A stretch of 64,000 nt of DNA from Desulfobacterales bacterium. GTDB lineage: Bacteria > Desulfobacterota > Desulfobacteria > Desulfobacterales > UBA5852. The stretch lies in the NCBI GenBank assembly GCA_963674755.2, contig CAXXVS010000001.1:1-64000 (forward strand), read 5' to 3'. Below, in pieces: positions 10,289-19,667 of the stretch (the first letter of the stretch is position 1; every line of letters begins with the position of its first letter). The notes under the pieces are model-generated. The model saw only the letters and a program-made list of their open reading frames with translations, was not told the origin of the DNA and searched no databases. Both the position numbers and the translations under genes were made by a program.

Positions 10289-12223
10289 TTACAGCCCGTG
10301 GGCTTTCATTTTCCGGAAGAGCGTTCGCCGGTCAATGCCCAAAACGGAAGCGGCCCGGGCCCGATGCCATTGGTGCGCATGGAGTACTTGAATAAGATAC
10401 TGCTTCTCGTAATGGGCCATGGCCGCCGGCAAGGACATAGCGGTATCCATCACAGCAGGCGGTGTGACGGTTTCAGCGGAGGGTGGGGTCGGCGCGGCTT
10501 CAGTGGATTCCAAGGAGTTCAGGGTAATGAACCGATGAACCGTATTCTGCAATTCCCTGACATTACCGGGCCAGTCCCGCTTCATCATGGCCTGGAGCGC
10601 ATGTTCGGGCATGATGGGTACGGTGTCGGCATCGCTCAAGGATTGGAGAAAATGCTGGATCAGAAGTGGGATATCCTCCCGGCGGGAGCGCAAAGGGGGC
10701 AGCTGAATGGGAATGATATGAATTCGATAGAAGAAGTCCTCCCTTAAATGGCCCTTGCGGACCTCTTCGGTCAGGTTGCGGTTGGTGGCAGCCACAATGC
10801 GAACGTCGGGAACAATTCGCTCGCTGCTCCCAATAGGGCTATAGCCGCCGCCTTCGATGGCACGTAACAGCTTGACCTGGAGGTTGGGATTGATTTCGCC
10901 GATTTCGTCCAAAAAAAGCGTGCCGCCGTCGGCTTCAGCCAGGAAGCCGGGCTTATCCTTGTGGGCACCGGTAAAGGCGCCTCTTTTATGGCCGAAGAAT
11001 TCACTTTCCAGCAAGGTTTCGGGTATGGCCCCGCAGTTGACCGTTACGAAGGCCCCTTGACTGCGATCGCTCAACTCGTGAATGGTCTGGGCCACGAGTT
11101 CCTTTCCGGTGCCTGATTCACCATAGATGATGACATTGGCATTGGAGGCGGCCGCCTTGAGAATGACCTGATAAACCTCATGCATGGGTTGACTTTTTCC
11201 GATGATGCGGCCGAAGCGCCCCACATCTTTCAGCGTAGAGCGCAACCGCAAGTTCTCCTGGCGCAATTGCGCTTCGCTGGCCCGCAAGCCCTCCTCGGCT
11301 TTGCGAATGGCCGTAAGATCGAACAGAATTCCACGCAGCCCCAGGGATGCGCCGGCGCGCAGAATCGGACTGGCATACACCATGGCGGGAAACAGGGTTT
11401 GATCTTTGCGTCGCACGACGGCTTCAAATTCGACAGGGTCTTTGCCGGACAGGGTCCGCTGCATGGCCAAAGCGACCTGGGAGCGGGTTTCAACGCTGAA
11501 GATGTCCAAGGCAGACATCCGATCGACCAGGTGCTTATCGCCCCCGGTCAAAATTTCGCGGCCGTAGCGGTTGACGAAAGTGAAGTGTTGGCGGGCGTCG
11601 GTTTCAAAAACCGGCTGTGGTAGAAGATCGGTAAGTTCCCTGAACTTTTGCTCCTGACTGCGCAGAGCTTTTTCGGCCTGTTCGCGCTGGGCGATTTCCT
11701 TTTGGAGCTGGCGATTGGAGGTTTCCAGTTCCCGGGTGCGTTCCAGCAGGTCGGCCGTTCGACGGTCGATTTCCGTTTCCAGGTGCTGCCGGTAGCGTTG
11801 GTTTTCCTGCCGCAGGCGGGATCGTTCCAAGGTATTCTGAATGGCATGTTCCAGAACGGCCATGTCGAGGATGGGTTTGGTGACGAAATCATGGGCGCCG
11901 GCCCTCAGGGCCTCGATGGCGTCCTGCAGCACGCCTGTCCCCGATACGACGATGACCGGTGTGTCGGCGGCTTCTTTCTGCAGGGTTTCCAGAAAGGCCA
12001 GGCCATCCATCTCCGGCATGCGCAAATCGAGCAGGATCAGATCCGGCGTCTGTTCGCGAAATAACATCAAGCCTGCTTTGCCGTCCCCCGCCTGCAAAAC
12101 CGTAAAACCGCTGTCTTCGAGATACGAGGCGATACTGTCGCGGATAACGGGTTCGTCGTCGATGGCCAGGATTTTCACTGGACGATGTGCCGAAGACGGC
12201 ATGGGCAATCGCGGTTTTCGCAT
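10289..12223 (-). CDS. Sigma54-dependent response regulator (REC - coiled coil - PAS - AAA+ - Fis HTH)
   Basis: AIDDE and LLDLRMPEMDG receiver motifs, GESGTGKE, intact GAFTGA, LFLDEIG, WPGNVREL and a C-terminal LGIDRRTLFRK HTH. Start uncertain (12223 or 12202). Confidence 0.93.
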   Translation of the reverse strand: MRKPRLPMPSSAHRPVKILAIDDEPVIRDSIASYLEDSGFTVLQAGDGKAGLMLFREQTPDLILLDLRMPEMDGLAFLETLQKEAADTPVIVVSGTGVLQDAIEALRAGAHDFVTKPILDMAVLEHAIQNTLERSRLRQENQRYRQHLETEIDRRTADLLERTRELETSNRQLQKEIAQREQAEKALRSQEQKFRELTDLLPQPVFETDARQHFTFVNRYGREILTGGDKHLVDRMSALDIFSVETRSQVALAMQRTLSGKDPVEFEAVVRRKDQTLFPAMVYASPILRAGASLGLRGILFDLTAIRKAEEGLRASEAQLRQENLRLRSTLKDVGRFGRIIGKSQPMHEVYQVILKAAASNANVIIYGESGTGKELVAQTIHELSDRSQGAFVTVNCGAIPETLLESEFFGHKRGAFTGAHKDKPGFLAEADGGTLFLDEIGEINPNLQVKLLRAIEGGGYSPIGSSERIVPDVRIVAATNRNLTEEVRKGHLREDFFYRIHIIPIQLPPLRSRREDIPLLIQHFLQSLSDADTVPIMPEHALQAMMKRDWPGNVRELQNTVHRFITLNSLESTEAAPTPPSAETVTPPAVMDTAMSLPAAMAHYEKQYLIQVLHAHQWHRARAASVLGIDRRTLFRKMKAHGL

Positions 12224-12236
12224 GCCAAGACCTTTT

Positions 12237-15005
12237 CTATGCGCTGTCTGTCGGAGCCGTGCGGTTCTCAAGCGGCAGTCGCAAGATGAACCGCGCCCCC
12301 TGCCCGGGGGTGGAGTCCACTGTCATGGTGCCCTGGTGATGGCTGGTAATGATAAAATAGGACACCGACAAGCCCAAGCCGGTTCCCACCCCAACGTCCT
12401 TGGTGGTGAAGAAGGGCTCGAAAACCCGTTTGCGGGTTTCTTCGTCCATGCCGGGTCCGTTGTCCTCCACTTCGATGCGCAGGTACTGACGCTCCTGGCG
12501 CAACCGCAGGGTAATGCGGGGAGGAGCCTCAGGCGACCGGTCGGGGCCGAAGGCCTGGGAAGCGTTGCGCAACAGGTTCAACACCACCTGGCCGATTTCA
12601 GTGGCGACACAGGGCACCAGCGGCAGGCGCTCCTCGAAGTCGCGTAGGATTTGGATTTCGCGGAAATCATGCTTCTTGCGCAGATCGTAATCATGCGCCG
12701 CCAAAGCTACCGTTTTGTCCAACAAGGCGTCGAGGGCAGTGGGCGCCATGCGGGCATCGCTGGGACGGCTGAAATGCAGCATGTCGGATACCGTAATGCT
12801 GGCGCGTTCCCCGGATTGGCGGATGCCTTCGATAAATCGGAGGATGCCGCGTTCTTCCAGGTAGCGGCGGATTTGAACCAGGTCCACACCCAGCTGGTCT
12901 GCCACCGCATTATTTTTTCCCAGCGACGGTTCAATGCGTCGCACGATGTTCTGGGCGCTTTGCAGGATGCCGCTCAGGGGATTGTTGATTTCATGGGCCA
13001 TGCCGGCGGCTAGGCCGCCCACCGAGAGCATTTTTTCAGTCTGCACCATGGTGTCTTCCATGCGGACCCGGGCGGTGACGTCATCTACCCGAATGACGGC
13101 TCCCTCCATGGCTTCGATATCCAAAGGATAGATCATGATGTCGGCAAAACGGATTTGGTCGCCCTTCGAGTAGGCGACTTTCTCCGCCTGACGCACGGTA
13201 CGTTTACGGATGGCTTCGTGAACCATGCCGCTGAAGGGTTTCAGAAGGGAGTAAACCCGCCCCAGGTTCTGGTGGCGGGCTTCGCGGCTTGAGACACCCG
13301 TGGCTTTTTCCGCCTCGCGGTTCCACTGGGTGACCCGGCACCACCGATCGACCCCCACGAGCACGGAAGGCATGGAATCGATAATGCTGGCCAGATAGTG
13401 CTGCAGACGTACCATTTCCAGTTCCGCCGTGCGCGCGGCAGTGACGTCGTTGCCGATGCACAGGCTCCCCACGAGTTCGCCGCGGGCATCGCGGATCGCC
13501 CGGTTGGTCCATGAAATCCAGGCGTGCTCGCCGTTGCGGCGGATGGCCTCGGTTTCGAAACCGGGATGGTTTTCGGGACTGGTGTAGATCAATTGCGTCT
13601 CGGCGGTCAGCTGGCGCCCGCTGCTGTCAACCGCTGGAATCAGCGTGCCCAGGAAGGGGCGGCCCAAGATGTCCTTCTCATCGTGCCCAAAGAAACGCTG
13701 CGCAAATTCATTGAAGAAGGTAATCTCCCCGTTGGTGGAAAGGCGCAAAATAATGCTGTTGGCATTTTCCACAAGCTCGCGATATTTGGCTTCGCTTTCG
13801 CGGATCGCCTCCTCGGCCCGCTCCCGTTCGTGGATTTCACTTTCGAGGCTGTTGCTGTAAGCCTCGAGGCGTTCCATAAACTGGTTGAAATAGTTGGCCA
13901 AACGGCCGATTTCATCCCGGGAGCGGCGTTGCATGCGGACCCGATAGTTGCCGGCGGCCCCGGACGAGAAATGATGCATGAGTTCCTTGAGGGGCGTCGT
14001 TATGGAGTTGCTGATGGCCAGGGTCAGCGGCAAAACGATGATAAAGGACATGAGCACTGTAGCCAGCACCAGCCGGTGCATCGTCGTTAGCGGGGCGTAG
14101 AATTCGTCGAGGTAGCTGGAGGAGGCCACGATCCAGTGGTATTCTGGAATGTGATTGAAGATCACGAGTTTGTCGCGAGCCTTGTGTTCCCCGGGGTTTT
14201 CCCAGGAATAGGTGATCTTGCCGCTTTTGCGCTGGCAAATTTCACGCACGAATTCACGGCCGTTACGGTCCTTGGCGTAAAGATAATTGCCGCTAACCTG
14301 GGGGTGCAGCACCATATTGCCCTGTTCGTCGATGACGTAAGAATAGCCGGTCTTGCCAAATTGCAGGGAGAGAATGCTGTCGCGAAAGTCTTCGACATTC
14401 ACCAGTTCACGGAATTCTTCACGATAGGAGGAAACGGAGATAATCCAGTCCCAGGGTTCGAAATAGGTCATGTAAAGCGCCTTGGGACGGGTGTGGGTTT
14501 CGCCGGGGTTCTTCCAGTCGTATTCCAAATAGCCTTCCTTGCGCGCCATTTGCTCGCGAATGAAAGCGAATTCGGATAAGTCGGCCCCGATCAATTCCTT
14601 TTTGGGGTGCACGTCGATGATGCCGTTGCTGTCCAGACAATAGATGTAGCCCGTGGTGCCGATGGGTTGGCTCAGGATGATTTCGGCCACCCGGCGCCGG
14701 GCTTCTTCCTCGGAAAGATCCCCGGCCAGGGCGCGCCGATGGAAATGGGCAGCAATATCGCGGTTCTTTTCGGCAACCGCCCGGAGATGGTTTTTGATGG
14801 AGGTGGCCGCCGAGGTCCGCACCATGTTGAGAATGGTCGTGGTGGTGTTTTGCAGCTCACTCTGGATGTTGGCTTCCAGGGTCTGCCGGACCATAGAATA
14901 AATCACGAAGCTGCCCAGAGTGATGCACAGGATGAAGACGGCTGAGTAGCCGGCCAGCAGCTTATGCTGGATGCGCAAATCCCGAAAGGATTGGAGCAGT
15001 TGCAT
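12237..15005 (-). CDS. Sensor histidine kinase (TM - tandem Cache_2-like - TM - HAMP - PAS - PAS - HisKA - HATPase)
   Basis: Two GY(I/S)Y...HP...Y(D/S)W(K/E)NPGE...K repeats, DEIGRLA HAMP, AHEINNPL H-box, NLLRNA, DNGPGM and GTGLGL. Confidence 0.92.
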   Translation of the reverse strand: MQLLQSFRDLRIQHKLLAGYSAVFILCITLGSFVIYSMVRQTLEANIQSELQNTTTTILNMVRTSAATSIKNHLRAVAEKNRDIAAHFHRRALAGDLSEEEARRRVAEIILSQPIGTTGYIYCLDSNGIIDVHPKKELIGADLSEFAFIREQMARKEGYLEYDWKNPGETHTRPKALYMTYFEPWDWIISVSSYREEFRELVNVEDFRDSILSLQFGKTGYSYVIDEQGNMVLHPQVSGNYLYAKDRNGREFVREICQRKSGKITYSWENPGEHKARDKLVIFNHIPEYHWIVASSSYLDEFYAPLTTMHRLVLATVLMSFIIVLPLTLAISNSITTPLKELMHHFSSGAAGNYRVRMQRRSRDEIGRLANYFNQFMERLEAYSNSLESEIHERERAEEAIRESEAKYRELVENANSIILRLSTNGEITFFNEFAQRFFGHDEKDILGRPFLGTLIPAVDSSGRQLTAETQLIYTSPENHPGFETEAIRRNGEHAWISWTNRAIRDARGELVGSLCIGNDVTAARTAELEMVRLQHYLASIIDSMPSVLVGVDRWCRVTQWNREAEKATGVSSREARHQNLGRVYSLLKPFSGMVHEAIRKRTVRQAEKVAYSKGDQIRFADIMIYPLDIEAMEGAVIRVDDVTARVRMEDTMVQTEKMLSVGGLAAGMAHEINNPLSGILQSAQNIVRRIEPSLGKNNAVADQLGVDLVQIRRYLEERGILRFIEGIRQSGERASITVSDMLHFSRPSDARMAPTALDALLDKTVALAAHDYDLRKKHDFREIQILRDFEERLPLVPCVATEIGQVVLNLLRNASQAFGPDRSPEAPPRITLRLRQERQYLRIEVEDNGPGMDEETRKRVFEPFFTTKDVGVGTGLGLSVSYFIITSHHQGTMTVDSTPGQGARFILRLPLENRTAPTDSA

Positions 15006-15100
15006 GGGGGCGCCTCTCTGTATTGCTTGCAACGGGGGCTGCAATGGCGGCCGTTGCCATCCGCCGAGCCGGGAACCCGCCGTTGCGGGCGGGTCGCGGC

Positions 15101-16279
15101 TTAGCGGAAACGCGCCATCACCCGCTTGAATCCCGGCAGCGCCTTGACGATGGTGTCATCGTCGACGCAGAATGCGATCCGGAAATGCCCCGGGCCGTTG
15201 AACCCGCTGCCCGGCACGACCAGAATAAGTTCTTCCTGAAGGGCCTGCACAAACTTCACATCATCGGGGATGGGCGTTCGGGGGAAGAGATAAAAGGTGC
15301 CGGGCGGTGTCGTAAAGTCATAGCCGGCCTCGGCCAGCCCCTGGCACAGAAGATCGCGTTTGTGTTGGTAAAGGGCCACATCGACGCTGGAGCCCTGCAA
15401 ACAGGCAATGATTTTTTGCATCAGAGCGGGGGCATTGACGAAGCCCAGGATCCGGTTGGCCAGGGCCATGCCGCCCATAACGGTATCGTGGTAATCGGCG
15501 GCCGGGTTGACCGCCGCAAAACCGATGCGCTCACCCGGTATGGAGATGTCCTTGGAATAAGAGGTGCCGATGATACTATTGTTGTAGCAGGCGAAAATGC
15601 TCGGAACCGGGTGGCCGTCAAAAACGATTTTGCGGTACGGCTCGTCGGAAAGCAGGTAAAGCGTGCGGTTGAGCTGGACGCTTTTCCGCTGCAGCAATTC
15701 CCCAAGCGCCTGAAGGCTTTCCCGGCTGTAGATTTGTCCCGTGGGGTTATTCGGGGAGTTGATCAGCACCACTTTGGTCTTGGCCGTAAGGGCGTTTTCC
15801 ATGGCCTCGAGATCCAGGGTGAAATCCGGATGGGTGGGCACGGTTTTCAGAACGCCGCCGTGGTTGTCGGCATAAAAGCCATACTCCACAAAACAGGGAA
15901 TGGGGGTCAGCACTTCGTCGCCGGGGTCGAGAAGGGTTTTCAAGGCCACGTTGAGGGCGCCCGAAGCGCCGCAGGTCATGATGATATCGCCCTCCCCCAC
16001 ATCGACGCCTTGCTCCTCGGAGACATAGCGGGCTACCGCCTGACGGACATGGGGATAACCCGTGTTGGGCATGTAGCCGTGCTCGCCGCAGCAGGTACAG
16101 GCGGTTTCATTAAGCAGTTTCTCGAAACACTCGGGGGCGGGTACATTGGGGTTGCCTAGGCTGAAGTCGAACACGTTTTGCGCCCCGTGCAAGGCCTTGA
16201 GGCGGGTCCCTTCTTCGAACATTTTGCGAATCCAGGATGAGCGCTGGATGATGGTTTCAATCTTTTTGGCGATGGTCAT
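15101..16279 (-). CDS. PLP-dependent class I/II aminotransferase (aspartate aminotransferase-like)
   Basis: FSLGNP, NSPNNPTG, SDEPY and SYSKDISIPGERIG motifs. Confidence 0.92.
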   Translation of the reverse strand: MTIAKKIETIIQRSSWIRKMFEEGTRLKALHGAQNVFDFSLGNPNVPAPECFEKLLNETACTCCGEHGYMPNTGYPHVRQAVARYVSEEQGVDVGEGDIIMTCGASGALNVALKTLLDPGDEVLTPIPCFVEYGFYADNHGGVLKTVPTHPDFTLDLEAMENALTAKTKVVLINSPNNPTGQIYSRESLQALGELLQRKSVQLNRTLYLLSDEPYRKIVFDGHPVPSIFACYNNSIIGTSYSKDISIPGERIGFAAVNPAADYHDTVMGGMALANRILGFVNAPALMQKIIACLQGSSVDVALYQHKRDLLCQGLAEAGYDFTTPPGTFYLFPRTPIPDDVKFVQALQEELILVVPGSGFNGPGHFRIAFCVDDDTIVKALPGFKRVMARFR

Positions 16280-16292
16280 CGTAATTTCCCGT

Positions 16293-16470
16293 TGGCTGGC
16301 AGGCCGGTCGATAAGGCGCATCTTTCGGCTCAGGTGGGCGTTCTCATGATTTGAGAATCCTCGACGTCGCCAAAGCCGCGCTACGCTGGCTCTCCTACGG
16401 CTACGCCGTCGGTTCCCAAATCGCGGCGGTCTTGGCCTGAACCGAAATCTACCCTGTCTGGATCAGCCTA
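16293..16470. repeat. Palindromic intergenic repeat, copy A (MITE/REP-like)
   Basis: Nested inverted repeats TTTCGGCTCAGG/CCTGAACCGAAA and GATTTGAGAATC/GGTTCCCAAATC. Shares GCATCTTTCGG, GGCGTT, GAATCCTCG, CTTGGCC-GAACC-AAA and TCTGGA blocks with 59201-59338. Confidence 0.7.
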
Positions 16471-16513
16471 ATTTATTAAACCCAGTTGATCGCTTTTGTA
16501 AAAAGCTTTAAGG

Positions 16514-16732
16514 CTAAACGCCTTCGACGGCGGTCACTTCGGGGACTTCCCGTTTGAGCAGCTTTTCGATGCCGTTTTTAAGCGTCATCTGGGACATGGG
16601 GCAGCCGGCGCAGGCACCCTTGAGACGGACCTTGACGATGCCGCCTTCAACCGCCACCAATTCTACATCCCCGCCGTCGGCTTGAAGCGAAGGGCGGATT
16701 TTATCCAGAACTTCTTTCACTTTTTCCTGCAT
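16514..16732 (-). CDS. NifU/NfuA C-terminal-domain Fe-S carrier protein
   Basis: [15 protein letters not shown]...[18 protein letters not shown] (CxxC). Confidence 0.93.
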   Translation of the reverse strand: MQEKVKEVLDKIRPSLQADGGDVELVAVEGGIVKVRLKGACAGCPMSQMTLKNGIEKLLKREVPEVTAVEGV

Positions 16733-16807
16733 GGTGGTGTCTCCCGTTGTTGTTTGGCCACCTGTTCTAACCCGGGACGCGGACGTGGACCTGCGGTGGC
16801 AATCCCA

Positions 16808-17959
<1,152 letters not shown>

Positions 17960-17974
17960 TTATGGGGTTGAGGT

Positions 17975-19036
17975 TCAGGCGATTAACATCCCGTCTCCGT
18001 AGCTGAAAAAGCGATAGCGCCGTCGGATCGCTTCGCCGTAGGCGGCCAGGATGGCTTCACGGCCGGCAAAGGCCGACACCAGCATCAGCAGGGTGGACTG
18101 GGGCAGATGGAAATTGGTGATCATGGCATCCACCAGACGAAAGCGGTAGCCGGGATAGATGTAGAGGTCGTTCTGGCCTTCCATGGCCCGGAGCCGGCCG
18201 TCCGGGCCGGCCGTATATTCCAGGGTGCGTACGCTGGTGGTGCCCACGGCTACGATTCGCCCGCCCTGGGCCCGATGACGGTTGATGGCTTCGGCCACCC
18301 GGGGGGCGATACGGAAGTATTCGGCATGCATGCGGTGGTCACGAATGTCCGCCACCCGGACCGGCACAAAGGTGCCGTAGCCTACATGCAGCGTGAGGGC
18401 CGCCACCGGGATGCCGCGCTGCTCCAAGGCGCCCATGAGGGCCGGCGTGAAATGCAGACCGGCGGTGGGGGCGGCTACGGCACCGTTCTCCGTCGCATAG
18501 ACGGTCTGGTAATCTTCCCGATCACTGGGTGTTGCCGCGGGGTCGGGACGCTTGATATAGGGTGGCAGGGGCATGACGCCGATCCGTTCCAGGACGGCGG
18601 TAAACGGCCCGCGGCTGGTAAACTTCAGGGTATGGCGTTCCTCGTCGGAGGCCAGGATTTCTGCCGAGAGGTCCTCACCGAAATGCAGCCGGGTTCCCGG
18701 GGCGGGCTTTTTAGAAGCCTTGATCAGACAGGCGCTGACAAAGGCCCCCTCGGTCGTGAGGCGTCGCAGACCGCCGGGATAGTCCAGAATAAGAATTTCC
18801 ACTTTCCCGCCGCTGGCTTTCCGGCCGAAAAGCCGGAGCGGCACCACCCGGGTATTGTTTACCACGACGAGATCCCGGGGGGTCAGCAAGGCTGGCAGAT
18901 CGTTAAAGCGATGGTGGCGAAGCGCCCCGGTCTGGCGGTCCATGACCATCAGGCGGGCCTGATCGCGGTGGGAGGCCGGGTGTTGGGCAATCCGATCCGG
19001 GGGCAGGGGGTAGTCGTAGTCGTCGAGGGCAAACAT
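17975..19036 (-). CDS. queA: S-adenosylmethionine:tRNA ribosyltransferase-isomerase
   Basis: PLPPYI, YQTVYA, GAVAAPTAGLHF, TLHVGYGTF, TNFHLPQSTL and YRFFSYGD. Confidence 0.97.
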   Translation of the reverse strand: MFALDDYDYPLPPDRIAQHPASHRDQARLMVMDRQTGALRHHRFNDLPALLTPRDLVVVNNTRVVPLRLFGRKASGGKVEILILDYPGGLRRLTTEGAFVSACLIKASKKPAPGTRLHFGEDLSAEILASDEERHTLKFTSRGPFTAVLERIGVMPLPPYIKRPDPAATPSDREDYQTVYATENGAVAAPTAGLHFTPALMGALEQRGIPVAALTLHVGYGTFVPVRVADIRDHRMHAEYFRIAPRVAEAINRHRAQGGRIVAVGTTSVRTLEYTAGPDGRLRAMEGQNDLYIYPGYRFRLVDAMITNFHLPQSTLLMLVSAFAGREAILAAYGEAIRRRYRFFSYGDGMLIA

Positions 19037-19042
19037 GGGCGT

Positions 19043-19231
19043 TTATCCCGCTTTGCCCATATAAGTCAGTGCCAGTCCGATGACCATCAGGACCAGCCCC
19101 ATACGCCGCAGGGTGCCATCGGACACGGCCTGGATCTGCTGCAACCAGGTCTTCATTTTGGCGGGAACGGCGAAATAGGGCAGCCCCTCGATGATCATCA
19201 CCATACCGATTACACTTAAAAAAAATTTCAT
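19043..19231 (-). CDS. DUF2065 (YjeT-like) small membrane protein
   Basis: GMVMIIEGLPYFAVP...LRRMGLVLMVIG pattern. Confidence 0.8.
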   Translation of the reverse strand: MKFFLSVIGMVMIIEGLPYFAVPAKMKTWLQQIQAVSDGTLRRMGLVLMVIGLALTYMGKAG

Positions 19232-19667
19232 GGGACACCGCTTCCTCTGAGGTTCCATCCTGTGCGGCCTTCGGGGGGGCGACTATAGACTGTCCAAGAC
19301 GCCCTTGTCAAAAAGAAAGCCCGTAGATCAAGGGTGGATTTACCTGGCCGACGCGATCCACTAAGCCCGGGCACCGTTCCATCCCCAAACCCGCCATCGC
19401 CCGGGCGCTATGGATGCCATCGCCAAGCTTGCGCCCGGACTTGGGGCCGCGGATGCTCCCGGGTCGTTCACGGCCGGGGATGATTGGCCGGCATAGTGAT
19501 TGTTGCCCCCGGACAGTGCTTGCAGGGGCGCTGGGGGTAAATGGGGCTTGTCAACGCGATGCTAAAAGGTGTAGCAACTTTCAGATAGGTTTCCGGTAGT
19601 TGACGCAGGCCTTTCTATCCCCATTTTTTATGGAACCACACGGCACCGCGACCGCAGGAGCATCGTT

